From positions 1 through 64,000 of the forward strand of contig OY762654.1 in the NCBI GenBank assembly GCA_963666205.1: a stretch of DNA of 64,000 nt. The letters are read 5' to 3'. The notes under the pieces are model-generated. The model saw only the letters and a program-made list of their open reading frames with translations, made no database searches and was not told the origin of the DNA. The position numbers were made by a program, and so were the translations under genes. How positions within the stretch are numbered: the stretch's first letter is position 1; each line of letters begins with the position of its first letter. Of this stretch, positions 48,198 to 58,427 are shown piece by piece. The stretch comes from Synergistales bacterium (GTDB taxonomy: Bacteria; Synergistota; Synergistia; Synergistales; JAFGMB01).

Positions 48198-49580
48198 ATG
48201 TCATTTAAATCCGAAATATCAGAAAAAAGAATATCAATTATTGGAGCAGGTGTTAGCGGGAGGGCATTGGCAGTTCTGGCCTCTTCCCTTGGTGCTGAAG
48301 TTTTTGTATCTGATACCAAAAGCATCCTTCCAGAAGACACTATAGATATCTTTCATAAAAATGGCGTTTCGTTTGAAACAGGAGGACATTCAGAAAGATC
48401 CTGGGACACAGATCTGCTGGTTTTAAGTTCAGGTATTTCCCCAGATTCAGAGGCAGTTAGAGAGGGAATGAAAAGGAATATTCCAATAATAGGAGAAATA
48501 GATTTTGTTTATCCTTTTCTTAATGGCCGAATCATTGGAGTAACAGGTAGTAATGGCAAAACGACGACTACCTCTTTAATAGGGCACTTTTTTGAAGTTT
48601 GTGGCTATAAAACTGCGGTCGCAGGGAATATCGGTAATCCTGCAGCCCTCTATGCTAACACGAATAATGACTTTATTGTTCTTGAACTAAGTAGTTTCCA
48701 GCTCTACTGGTCAAAGTGCCTTCAGGTTGATCTTGCTGTAATAACCAACCTTGCTCCAGATCACATTGACTGGCATGGATCATATGCGAATTATGTTAAC
48801 TCAAAAGCTAACCTGCTATTACTCAGAAAACCGGAAGCTCAAGCTATAATTCAGAAAAGAGATATGAAGGCACTCAATATTGAGAAAGATAAGAACTCGG
48901 TACCACTCACCTGGGGTGAACCCTGTTTATCCGGTACCTCAATTGTAATAAAAGATCAGAAAATCTTATTAAACACGCCCAATGGCATAATTCCGCTGGC
49001 TCATTGTCAGGATATTCCTCTTGTAGGAACACATAATGTTGAAAACGTAGCCATGGCTCTTTCTGCTCTTAGTCTTATGGGAGTTGTTCATCCAGTACCT
49101 AAAGAACTCTTCAAAGGGTTTAATCCGCCACCGCATAGATGTCAGTTTGTGGCTGAAATCAATGGTGTCAGATACATTGATGATTCGAAAGGAACGAACG
49201 TCGCTGCCAGTGTAACAGCTATAAATTCTATAGAAGGAAATAAAATTGTCATACTGGGAGGTCAGGGTAAAGGAGAAAATTACCATCCCCTTGCAGAGAG
49301 TCTTAAGAAAAGTGTTATCGCTGCCATAGTACTTGGTGATGAGAAACCTCGAATAATAGCCGAACTTCAAAAAGTGGGTTATGAGAATATTTATGATGTC
49401 CAAAACATGGAAGAAGCTGTTTCCCTTGCATACAGAATTGCCGTTCCAGGTATTACTGTCCTTCTTTCTCCTGCCTGTACCAGTTGGGATATGTATGCAA
49501 GTTACAAAAAAAGAGGGGAACATTTTCATTCTCTGGTTAATACAATTCTGAAAGGCAAAAGCGATGGTAGAAACCTGTAA
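48198..49580 (+). CDS. murD: UDP-MurNAc-L-Ala--D-Glu ligase
   Basis: GAGVSG, TGSNGKTTT, ELSSFQL, DDSKGTN, LSPAC.SWD. Confidence 0.95.
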   Translation: MSFKSEISEKRISIIGAGVSGRALAVLASSLGAEVFVSDTKSILPEDTIDIFHKNGVSFETGGHSERSWDTDLLVLSSGISPDSEAVREGMKRNIPIIGEIDFVYPFLNGRIIGVTGSNGKTTTTSLIGHFFEVCGYKTAVAGNIGNPAALYANTNNDFIVLELSSFQLYWSKCLQVDLAVITNLAPDHIDWHGSYANYVNSKANLLLLRKPEAQAIIQKRDMKALNIEKDKNSVPLTWGEPCLSGTSIVIKDQKILLNTPNGIIPLAHCQDIPLVGTHNVENVAMALSALSLMGVVHPVPKELFKGFNPPPHRCQFVAEINGVRYIDDSKGTNVAASVTAINSIEGNKIVILGGQGKGENYHPLAESLKKSVIAAIVLGDEKPRIIAELQKVGYENIYDVQNMEEAVSLAYRIAVPGITVLLSPACTSWDMYASYKKRGEHFHSLVNTILKGKSDGRNL

Positions 49581-50691
49581 TGCTCCGGTGATTGAAGAAA
49601 GACAGTACAGTGTAGATCCATTTCTGTGGCTTATTCCGCTAATTCTGAGCCTGATAGGAGTTGTTATGATCTTCTCCTTAACATCGCCAGAGTCCATATC
49701 AAATGGAGGTCTGCATTCTTCTTTAGGTATAAAACAGTTACAATGGCTTGTTATTGGTCTTGCTGCAATGCTTGTAATGTATCTTATTCCTTTTATATTA
49801 TGGCAAAGGATCAGCGGTTTTCTATGGGTTATTGCAGTTGGGATCACCGCTATCACCCTTTTGCATGGGATCGGGCTTGAAGCTGGCGGTGCAAAACGAT
49901 GGATAAATATTGGTGGCGTCAGACTTCAACCATTGGAGTTCTTATCTCTTGTATATGTTCTTCATCTCTCAAAGATCCTTTCTGTAACTGATAATAAGAG
50001 GATAAAAGTCTTTTTAAAACTATCAGTTATTGGGACCATAAGCATAGTTCCTGTGATCCTTCAACCTGACCTTGGTGGAACAATTCTGCTCTTTTTATTG
50101 GGTATGGCAATGTTTGTGGAAGCCTATGGATGGTTAATTCCACTATTAACCGGATTCATTATGCTTCCTGGACTGTTCATTCTGATTTTTAAGGAAAGCT
50201 ATCGAGTCAGAAGATATCTTGCTTTTATAGATCCATGGAAAGATCCCCTTGATAAAGGTTTTCAGATCATTCAGGGCCTGATTGCTTTTGCTAATGGCGG
50301 AATACTTGGTGTTGGTATCGGGAAAGGTCTTCAAAAACTGAATTACCTTCCTGCTGCTCACACTGATTTTATTTTTGCTGCATTGGGAGAAGAATTTGGG
50401 CTAGCAGGAACGGGATTCATAGTGATGTTATTTGCCACCTGGTCTTATCGAATATTTCGTGTTTACCGTAAATCGGATTCCTCCTATATAAAGATATTGT
50501 TATGGGGACTATGTGTTTCAATACTTCTTCCTTTTTTTATTAATGTTGCTGGAGTTACCAAGTTATTGCCTTTGACTGGTATGCCTCTTCCTTTTGTAAG
50601 CTATGGAGGAAGTTCTCTAGTATCATCCTGGATGACCATAGGACTAATACTTCGTTGTTCCAAGGATGTTGCTGCCGGAGATGATATGTAA
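49564..50691 (+). CDS. ftsW: SEDS peptidoglycan glycosyltransferase
   Basis: GAKRWI, QP.E, QPDLG, HTDFIFA..GEE.G, LP.TG.PLPF.SYGGSS. Confidence 0.93.
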   Translation: MVETCNAPVIEERQYSVDPFLWLIPLILSLIGVVMIFSLTSPESISNGGLHSSLGIKQLQWLVIGLAAMLVMYLIPFILWQRISGFLWVIAVGITAITLLHGIGLEAGGAKRWINIGGVRLQPLEFLSLVYVLHLSKILSVTDNKRIKVFLKLSVIGTISIVPVILQPDLGGTILLFLLGMAMFVEAYGWLIPLLTGFIMLPGLFILIFKESYRVRRYLAFIDPWKDPLDKGFQIIQGLIAFANGGILGVGIGKGLQKLNYLPAAHTDFIFAALGEEFGLAGTGFIVMLFATWSYRIFRVYRKSDSSYIKILLWGLCVSILLPFFINVAGVTKLLPLTGMPLPFVSYGGSSLVSSWMTIGLILRCSKDVAAGDDM

Positions 50692-51773
50692 TGAAGAATA
50701 AAATTCTTATTGTTGCCGGAGGAACAGGAGGGCATATTATTCCAGCGATTTCAATTGGAAAGTGGATCAATGACAATCATCCGGAATGTTCTCTCATTTA
50801 TGTATGTGGAGAGAGACCAATTGAGGATGAAATATACAGTAGATACGGTATAGATCCAGTTGTTCTTCCAATTGAAGGATCACCTATGGGAACATGTAAT
50901 CCCCTGACTTCTTATCAAAGATCAATTAGTATTTTCAGGAGTTTTTTCAAAACATGGCGAGTCCTGAGAAAAGAAAAGCCTTCCGTATGTATTCTATTTG
51001 GTGGATATATATCTTTTCCAGTACTTATAATATCAACCCTGATGGGAATCTCTTCGGTTATCCATGAACAGAATGCCAGAGCTGGAAAAATAACCAGAAT
51101 AGCCAGCAGATTGAGAAAGAAAGTCTTGTCTGGTTGGGATGTATGTGAACCTTTACCTTTCAATAGATTTAAAACTGTGGGAATTCCCGTAAGAAAATTT
51201 AATAGATTGCAAGACTTGGAAGCTTGGAATATACTACATGTAGGGTCTAAACTTCCAGAGGGTCCTATTATTGTGGTTATGGGAGGGTCTTTAGGTAGTA
51301 AAAGTGTTTTTGATCATATATGTACTATAGCATCCAGGGATGAGATGAATATGATCACTTTTCTTTTATTGGGAGGAACGGGAGTCTGTTCTGGTGATAT
51401 TCCAGGAAATGTAGTTCTCGTTCCCAGAACTTGGGATTTAACTGCTCCTTTTTCTCTTGCCGATGCAGCAGTAGTAAGAGCGGGAGCTTCAACTTTATAT
51501 GAAATGGCTCTTTATGGTATTCCTTGTGTTGTTATACCATGGGAGTCTGCTTCTGAAGATCATCAGGCCATGAATGCAGAGATTTTTGTTAAACAATATG
51601 GAGGTTTAATCTGGGATGAGAATGACTCCATATTATCGTTGATAACAAAGATAAGAGATGTCATTGACATAAAAAAACCTTTCTCTGATGCTCAGATAGA
51701 GGCGGGAAGAGTAAGGGTAACTGAGAAGATCTGGGAAGAAACGTTTCTAACGACTGGAAGGGAGATTCTATAA
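50691..51773 (+). CDS. murG: Lipid I GlcNAc transferase
   Basis: GGTGGHI.P, FGGY.S, HEQN, GGSLG, RAGAST, HQ..NA. Confidence 0.94.
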   Translation: MKNKILIVAGGTGGHIIPAISIGKWINDNHPECSLIYVCGERPIEDEIYSRYGIDPVVLPIEGSPMGTCNPLTSYQRSISIFRSFFKTWRVLRKEKPSVCILFGGYISFPVLIISTLMGISSVIHEQNARAGKITRIASRLRKKVLSGWDVCEPLPFNRFKTVGIPVRKFNRLQDLEAWNILHVGSKLPEGPIIVVMGGSLGSKSVFDHICTIASRDEMNMITFLLLGGTGVCSGDIPGNVVLVPRTWDLTAPFSLADAAVVRAGASTLYEMALYGIPCVVIPWESASEDHQAMNAEIFVKQYGGLIWDENDSILSLITKIRDVIDIKKPFSDAQIEAGRVRVTEKIWEETFLTTGREIL

Positions 51774-53186
51774 TTGGTTTTGTCAGATAGAATGCTTAGT
51801 GACGTGAATCGAATACATCTTATGGGAATCGGCGGAGCCGGTATGAGTGGTCTTGCCCTTTTACTCAAGGAACTGGGATATGACGTCAGCGGTTGCGATG
51901 TCAACGAAACCTCATATGTCGAAAAGGTTTTAGAGAAAGGAATAAAGTTTACCTTGGGACATCAAAAAGAACATATCGAGAAATACCAACCGGACTTGAT
52001 TGTGTATAGTAGTGCGATTCCTTCTGAAAATGAAGAAATTAAAGGGGCTATTGCAAATGGGATCTCCGTGGCTAAACGTGCAGAGGTTCTTAGTTGGTTG
52101 TTCAATTCCCGTTTTGGAATAGGAGTTGCTGGTACCCATGGTAAAACGACAACATCTTCAATGATAGCGATGGTACTCGAACAGGCAGGTCTTAGACCCT
52201 CTGTCGCTATTGGTGGTGAACTCTGTGATATAGGTGTGAATGCTAAACTTGGTGATGGACCCTACATGGTAGCTGAACTTGATGAAAGTGATGGTTCTTT
52301 TGAAGAATTCAAACCAAATATATCTGTAGTTACTAATGCAGATTGGGATCATGTCGATCATTATCCGGATCTGGAAAGTGTGATTACGGCGTTCAGATCA
52401 TTTATTCATAATACTAAAGCGGACGGAAAAGTAATACTATGTGGAGAAGATACGGGATTATCCAGGATTATAGCGAGCAACTCTCTTGACCGGGCTATAA
52501 TTACCTACGGTTTTGGCAAGACATGGGATTGGGGAGCCTTTGATGTAAAACATAATCAGGGTGGAGGCGTTACTTTCGCTGTTTGTAAAGGTGGAGAATT
52601 TGTTTCTCAATTTGATCTAAGCGTATCAGGTGATCACAATATTCTTAATGCACTTGCGGCAACTGTTGTTGCCGCAGAGTTGTCTATTCCAATAAGCTCC
52701 ACTAAGGAAACACTTAAGGATTTCAGAGGAGCAAAAAGGCGTCTTCAATATATGGGACATGTTATGGATGCTGATATCTATGATGATTACGGTCATCATC
52801 CCCGTGAAGTAGCTGCTACTCTAAACACCCTTGATCAGATGTTCCCGGACAGGAGACATGTAGTCGTCTTTCAGCCTCATAGATATACTCGAACCATGGC
52901 TATGTACAAGGAGTTCTCTGATGTCCTGAGTATGGCTGACAGATTGCTTCTGACACCTATTTATCCCGCAGACGAAGATCCTATTGATGGAGTTTCTTCT
53001 TGCATGATATCAAACCATCTTCTAGAAAATGGATACAATAAATGCAAGCTATGTTCTGACCTTCGAGAGGCTGTAGACCTTGTAGGAAAGGAACTCCGAG
53101 AAAATGATATTCTTCTTACGATTGGAGCCGGTAATGTTAGCGAGGTTGGTATACAGCTTCTTGACAGGCTTGGTGAAAGGGATTAG
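51774..53186 (+). CDS. murC: UDP-MurNAc--L-alanine ligase
   Basis: GIGGAGMSGLA, GTHGKTTT, ELDESDGSF, DDYGHHP.E, FQPHRY.RT. Confidence 0.95.
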   Translation: MVLSDRMLSDVNRIHLMGIGGAGMSGLALLLKELGYDVSGCDVNETSYVEKVLEKGIKFTLGHQKEHIEKYQPDLIVYSSAIPSENEEIKGAIANGISVAKRAEVLSWLFNSRFGIGVAGTHGKTTTSSMIAMVLEQAGLRPSVAIGGELCDIGVNAKLGDGPYMVAELDESDGSFEEFKPNISVVTNADWDHVDHYPDLESVITAFRSFIHNTKADGKVILCGEDTGLSRIIASNSLDRAIITYGFGKTWDWGAFDVKHNQGGGVTFAVCKGGEFVSQFDLSVSGDHNILNALAATVVAAELSIPISSTKETLKDFRGAKRRLQYMGHVMDADIYDDYGHHPREVAATLNTLDQMFPDRRHVVVFQPHRYTRTMAMYKEFSDVLSMADRLLLTPIYPADEDPIDGVSSCMISNHLLENGYNKCKLCSDLREAVDLVGKELRENDILLTIGAGNVSEVGIQLLDRLGERD

Positions 53187-53191
53187 TCGGA

Positions 53192-54112
53192 ATGTCTTCA
53201 ACTGAGTCTCTGGCAAGATTCTTTGGTCCAGAGATACAAGAGGAAGTGCCCCTTGGTCCGTTAACTACTATAGGTGTTGGTGGTAAGGCTGAGTTTTATT
53301 TTGAACCTTACCGGATCGAAGATCTTGTTTTTGTGAAACAACTGGAGTGCAAGTCTGGTTTACCTCTCCATATAATTGGGGGAGGGAGTAACCTGATCAT
53401 AGATGATAAGGGTTTGAAGGGGATAGTGGTATCCACAGTATTACTCAAGGGAATCGAGATAAGCAGACAGGGTGTTCAGATTCAGATAATAGCTGATACA
53501 GGTGTTCAGTTGAAGCGACTTGTCAGTCTTTCTCTGGAAGAAGGTTTTACGGGAATAGAATTTGCGGTGGGGATCCCTGGTACACTTGGAGGTGCAGTTT
53601 TTGGTAATGCAGGGGTAAGAGATAATGCCATATCGGACCTCGTATCATGGGTTGAAACGATAAATCATGAAGGTGTAGTTACGAGACGGAACCGTGACCA
53701 GATTGATTGGCGTTATCGATATTCTGCGTTATCGCAAGAGAGATGTTGTATATCCAGATGCTGTCTTAATCTTACCGCTTCTTCAAGACAGGATGTGTGG
53801 GATCTTTCCAGGAAGTTCTGGAAAAAAAGAGTACATCAGCCATACGGGTTCAAAAGTGCGGGATGTATGTTTAAAAATCCAGATGGAGATAGTGCAGGTC
53901 GCCTTTTAGAGGTTGCCAGGTGTAAAGGTCTCAGAAAAGGGGATGCGCAGGTATCTCACTTTCATGCGAACTTTATTGTAAATCTTGGGAATGCAACTTT
54001 CTTGGACATATTAGGGCTCATTCAGGAATGTCGACGGAGAGTAAAGGATTCCTTTGGCATCGATCTAAGTCTCGAGGTAGATATACTAAGTGATGCAGAA
54101 CTTCAGATCTAG
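53192..54112 (+). CDS. murB: UDP-N-acetylenolpyruvoylglucosamine reductase
   Basis: GGGSNL, GIPGTLGGA..GNAG, YRYS, SAGCMFKNP, HANFIVN. Confidence 0.93.
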   Translation: MSSTESLARFFGPEIQEEVPLGPLTTIGVGGKAEFYFEPYRIEDLVFVKQLECKSGLPLHIIGGGSNLIIDDKGLKGIVVSTVLLKGIEISRQGVQIQIIADTGVQLKRLVSLSLEEGFTGIEFAVGIPGTLGGAVFGNAGVRDNAISDLVSWVETINHEGVVTRRNRDQIDWRYRYSALSQERCCISRCCLNLTASSRQDVWDLSRKFWKKRVHQPYGFKSAGCMFKNPDGDSAGRLLEVARCKGLRKGDAQVSHFHANFIVNLGNATFLDILGLIQECRRRVKDSFGIDLSLEVDILSDAELQI

Positions 54113-54905
54113 AAGATGGCAAAATTTAGTTGTTCTCATTTCCTTTGTCCTGGGAGGACTGTTTTTTCTTGAGAAGAATTTCCATTTTCTGCGGACAAGG
54201 GAGATAGCAATACAGCCTCAAGAACATTTTACGGAGGAAATATTCTGGAATAGTCTGGACTCTGAAAAGATTCGTTACTGGCCATTATTATTTTTAGAAA
54301 AAAATAAAATAACGCATGAGATAGAGAAAATAATTCCAGTTCAAGTGGATCTTAACCTTTCGGGTTTTGGTAGATTCAGATTGGGGATTTACCCTTTAAA
54401 ACCTTTATATGTCATAGAATGGAAGGAAATTTTATGGTATGTTGACAGAATGGGTAAGACTTGGAAAGTATCCAGAGAAGTGAATAACCTAATTGATGGA
54501 ATATCGAAACCTGATGGGCCAGTATTTGAGGTAGGTGAAGGATTTCCCATTCCCCTGCCTGTTGGTGTTCTTGAAAACAGTGAAGATCTGATTTACCAGA
54601 GTCATTTGCCCCTGGACCTTATCAGAAGATGGAATGAAGATGTTGTAGGGTTGCCATGGTTCCCCATTCTGGAAAGGCTTGTAATGGAGAAAAGAGCAGG
54701 CGAATATTATCTGGTTCTGCAACTCAAGTCTCAGAAAGGCCGTATTGATTTATTGTTAAGAGCGGAATCTGAAAAATGGACGGAAATTACGGAAGCCCTC
54801 GGTAAAATAATGCCAGGGTTCCCCCAGCATTATTGTAATATTTACATTGATGCTACTTATAAGGATAAAATAGTGGTTAAGGATGTGGATTCTTGGATCA
54901 ACTAG
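54090..54905 (+). CDS. Divergent FtsQ/DivIB-like protein
   Basis: N-terminal TM helix; canonical position between murB and ftsA; sequence motifs weak. Confidence 0.6.
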   Translation: MMQNFRSRRWQNLVVLISFVLGGLFFLEKNFHFLRTREIAIQPQEHFTEEIFWNSLDSEKIRYWPLLFLEKNKITHEIEKIIPVQVDLNLSGFGRFRLGIYPLKPLYVIEWKEILWYVDRMGKTWKVSREVNNLIDGISKPDGPVFEVGEGFPIPLPVGVLENSEDLIYQSHLPLDLIRRWNEDVVGLPWFPILERLVMEKRAGEYYLVLQLKSQKGRIDLLLRAESEKWTEITEALGKIMPGFPQHYCNIYIDATYKDKIVVKDVDSWIN

Positions 54906-54947
54906 ATACATAGTCAAGAAGATTTTGACATGAAGGGAGCGAGAGTT

Positions 54948-56264
54948 ATGGTTTACAGGGAACCAGAAATTCTCGTAGGGCTCGATCTGGGCACTACAAA
55001 AGTTGCTGTAGTGGTGGCCGAACGAGATGAAAACATGAGGGAACCTCAGATTATAGGTATTGGACAAGCACCTTCCCGGGGAATCAGGAAAGGTCTGATT
55101 ATTAACCTTGAGCAGGCAGTCCAATCAGTAAAGGCTGCACTATCTGATGCAGAAAATATGGTTGGATTCGATGTTTCTGCGGCTACTGTTGCTTTTTCGG
55201 GTATCGATTCAACCAGTGTTACCTCAAAGGGAATGATATCCCTCGGCAGGACCCCACGCCAGGTCACAATACAGGATGTTGAAAGGGTGATTGAGGCTGC
55301 CCAGAGTGAACTGGCAGTTCCCTCAAATAGATGTACCCTTCATACCATTCCTGTAAAATATTCTATCGACGGAAATTCTGGTATAGATGATCCTTTGGGA
55401 ATGACTGGCATAAGACTGGAAATCGAACTCCAGTCTGTCATAGTCCCTTCTTCAGTTATACAAAACGTCATCAACTGTGTAGAGAGGGCTGGGATAAACG
55501 TTCAGGGACTTGTAATCAAATCTCTTGCCAGTGCAATGGGATCTTTAACAACTGAAGAAACCATGGCTGGCGCCATAGCCTTGTCAATAGGAGGAGGTAC
55601 AACATCAATTGCTCTTTATGTTGATGGCAGACCAGTCCGACTTTCTGTGATCCCCATAGGAGGAGATCATATCACGAATGACCTGGCGTATGTGCTGAAA
55701 ATTCCCATCAGTAAAGCTGAAGAGCTGAAACAGAAATTAACCCTTGATCCTAACGATATTGAGGTTGAAACTCTGGAACTAGATGTAAGAGGGAAAAAGA
55801 GAGAGGTCAATGTCTATGAAGCTATCGATGTTGTAAGGTATAGGATCGAAGAGTTGTTTACAGAGCATATTTCCCAACAGTTGTCAGATTTCAGTGTTCA
55901 TATGTTTCCTGCAGGTCTTGTTCTTTCGGGTGGAGTTGCCAAGATGAGATCTATTGACCCGTTTGTATCCGAACTGCTTGGTTTCCCGATAAGGATCGCT
56001 GATCCCCTTGATACTTATCAGATGCCGCCTGGAAGAAATGATTGTCAGTACGCATCTGTGGCGGGGATAATAAGATATATGACAAACAGGGAAAGAAATC
56101 CATACCGTTATATTGAGACTCCAATAAGTAAACTGCGAATGGGTCCTTCGCAAATCAAAGGTAATGTAAATAAAGTCAGGAAAAAGGAATCTCGTACAAA
56201 TCGAAATGAATCTATCAGAAACTTTGTTTCTGCGATTAAAAAATCTATCAAGGAACTTTTTTAG
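54948..56264 (+). CDS. ftsA: Cell division protein FtsA
   Basis: GLDLGTTK, GIRKG.I, P.GM.G.RLE, GGD.IT.D, C-terminal amphipathic helix; ATG 54948. Confidence 0.94.
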   Translation: MVYREPEILVGLDLGTTKVAVVVAERDENMREPQIIGIGQAPSRGIRKGLIINLEQAVQSVKAALSDAENMVGFDVSAATVAFSGIDSTSVTSKGMISLGRTPRQVTIQDVERVIEAAQSELAVPSNRCTLHTIPVKYSIDGNSGIDDPLGMTGIRLEIELQSVIVPSSVIQNVINCVERAGINVQGLVIKSLASAMGSLTTEETMAGAIALSIGGGTTSIALYVDGRPVRLSVIPIGGDHITNDLAYVLKIPISKAEELKQKLTLDPNDIEVETLELDVRGKKREVNVYEAIDVVRYRIEELFTEHISQQLSDFSVHMFPAGLVLSGGVAKMRSIDPFVSELLGFPIRIADPLDTYQMPPGRNDCQYASVAGIIRYMTNRERNPYRYIETPISKLRMGPSQIKGNVNKVRKKESRTNRNESIRNFVSAIKKSIKELF

Positions 56265-56300
56265 TTTAACCATTTTTCAGGATATTGGGGAGGAATAGGG

Positions 56301-57455
56301 ATGGAGAAGATGTTCAAAGTTGTCGAGCACTCCAGAGCCCATCATGAAAATATCAAAGTGATCGGCGTAGGTGGCGGTGGTGGTAATGCCCTCAATCATA
56401 TAATCCGAAGTGGCGTTACTGGTGTGGATTTTATCGCTGCCAATACAGATATGGCTTCTCTTGGACTTTCGGAGGCGGCAACGAAACTCATACTTGGAAG
56501 AGAACTGACCAAAGGTTTAGGGGCTGGAGCTGATCCCGAAATAGGATATAACTCGGCGAAAGAATCTTTTGATGATATACGCGAGATAGCTTCTGGATGC
56601 GATATGGTTTTCATGACAGCTGGCATGGGAGGGGGAACTGGTACTGGTGCTACTCCCGTAATTGCAGAAATAGCAAAAGAAACAGGGGCTCTGGTTGTTG
56701 CAGTTGTAACCCATCCTTTTGCCTTTGAGGGTCGAAAAAGGTACAAACAGGCTATTGAAGGAACTGCAAGCCTGAAAGATAAAGTAGATGCTCTTATTGT
56801 TATTGAAAACGATAAACTACTTGAGATCTCAGATAGGAATACGGGTCTTACAGATGCTTTTCAACTGGCAGATGAGGTTCTTCGCCAGGCAGTCCAGGGA
56901 GTTACTGATCTAATACTTTGTCCTGGCCTTGTAAATGTTGATTTCGCCGATGTACGAACAGTTATGAGAAATGCTGGAGCCGCCATAATGGGGATAGGAG
57001 AAGCTCAAGGAGAAAATAGGGCAGCCCTGGCAGCACAGGCAGCTATCAACAGTCCATTGATGTCTACTCCAATGGATGGAGCAAAGGGAGTCCTATTTAA
57101 TGTTACAGGTGGAAGTGACGTCGGTATTTATGAGATTCAAGAAGCTGCAAGAGTCATTAATGAAGCTGCCGATGAGGATGCCACAATTATATGGGGTCAC
57201 ACCATAGATTCAGATATGGCTGATCGAATCAAGATAACCGTTATCGCTACCGGATTCTCTTCCCAAATGAAAAGTGTGTCGAGATCAAAACTTCCTGGTA
57301 GCACAACTGCTCAGGCAAAACTTAGAGGTAGAGTAGAGCTGGAAGAATCTGAAGTCGTATACAATACAGAGGAGGAAGATCTTTTCAAGCTTAATGGTGT
57401 ACCTACGAATAAATATGATATTCCTACCTATATCAGAAAAGGTGGCAAAAAATAA
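56301..57455 (+). CDS. ftsZ: Cell division protein FtsZ
   Basis: GVGGGGGNA, GMGGGTGTG, NVDFADV, C-terminal DIPTYIRK. Confidence 0.97.
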   Translation: MEKMFKVVEHSRAHHENIKVIGVGGGGGNALNHIIRSGVTGVDFIAANTDMASLGLSEAATKLILGRELTKGLGAGADPEIGYNSAKESFDDIREIASGCDMVFMTAGMGGGTGTGATPVIAEIAKETGALVVAVVTHPFAFEGRKRYKQAIEGTASLKDKVDALIVIENDKLLEISDRNTGLTDAFQLADEVLRQAVQGVTDLILCPGLVNVDFADVRTVMRNAGAAIMGIGEAQGENRAALAAQAAINSPLMSTPMDGAKGVLFNVTGGSDVGIYEIQEAARVINEAADEDATIIWGHTIDSDMADRIKITVIATGFSSQMKSVSRSKLPGSTTAQAKLRGRVELEESEVVYNTEEEDLFKLNGVPTNKYDIPTYIRKGGKK

Positions 57456-57560
57456 GCTGCATTAACCCTTGAGTTCTTTGTTCAACCAATGGCATATATG
57501 ATATATTCACGACAGATGTTACTTGAGATAAGTAGACACTTTCAGTTGTTTAGAGTTAAC

Positions 57561-57601
57561 AAAAGGGCAGCGATCAACAGTTCCTGATCTCTGCCTTTTT
57601 T
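57561..57601 (+). terminator. Probable terminator downstream of ftsZ
   Basis: AAAAGGGCAGCGATCA...TGATCTCTGCCTTTTTT. Confidence 0.6.
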
Positions 57602-57654
57602 GAATAGGAGAGAATCTTTCCCATATTCTCTTCTGCTGGAACGGAGGAATTACA

Positions 57655-58353
57655 ATGATCGCAAGAAAGAATAGAAGACATAGAGATCCGAGTCCCATGT
57701 TTCCCTTTGGAGATATAATGCTTCCTGTTATTGGAATAGTTGCCTTGGGATTACTGGTCGTAGGTATAAAGATGTTCTTCCTTCCCGCTAATTCTGAAAA
57801 CGAGTATACCCCAGTCCCTGTTCCTCAGGTCATAGAAAAGCAGGAAAAGAAACAACTGCCAGCTAAACCTGCTGTTCTATCAACAGTTTCAGAAGGAAAA
57901 GCCGCATCATCCAAAAATGAAAAAAAGACAGAACTTATAGCTGTACCTGTTGGTTCAGCGGGACAGACTCAAAAACCTTCTATGTCGGTATTGCCTAAAC
58001 AGAACCCAAATATAGACAAGGTAGAAGCAAGTGCTAACACGGAAACAGATCACAAAGTAATTAAGACCAGTAATGATCAAGTAAAAGGAAGTTCTTCCGT
58101 GAGCGATGTTTCAAAGTTTTCCTGGAATGTACAGATTGGATCATTTGTAGAAAGGAAATCTGCACAAAGTGAGGCTCAAAGAGCAGAAAATGCAGGTTTC
58201 AAAGCAAGCATTATCACCGCATCAGTGAATGGCAAGTCCTATCACAGAGTTTTTGTCCCAGCTGGGAAAGAAAGATCAGATGCGGTGATACTTGAGAAAA
58301 AACTTAAACAGAAAGGTTTCCCTACTTTCATTACACAATATGCTAATCAGTGA
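57655..58353 (+). CDS. SPOR-domain membrane-anchored protein
   Basis: TM helix, low-complexity linker, C-terminal WNVQIGSF...A...YHRVFV SPOR pattern. Confidence 0.85.
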   Translation: MIARKNRRHRDPSPMFPFGDIMLPVIGIVALGLLVVGIKMFFLPANSENEYTPVPVPQVIEKQEKKQLPAKPAVLSTVSEGKAASSKNEKKTELIAVPVGSAGQTQKPSMSVLPKQNPNIDKVEASANTETDHKVIKTSNDQVKGSSSVSDVSKFSWNVQIGSFVERKSAQSEAQRAENAGFKASIITASVNGKSYHRVFVPAGKERSDAVILEKKLKQKGFPTFITQYANQ

Positions 58354-58427
58354 ACAGACATATCCATATCTGAATCAGTATCTCTTGATTCAATTTACTT
58401 TAACGACAATTCAATCCAACGGGGAGA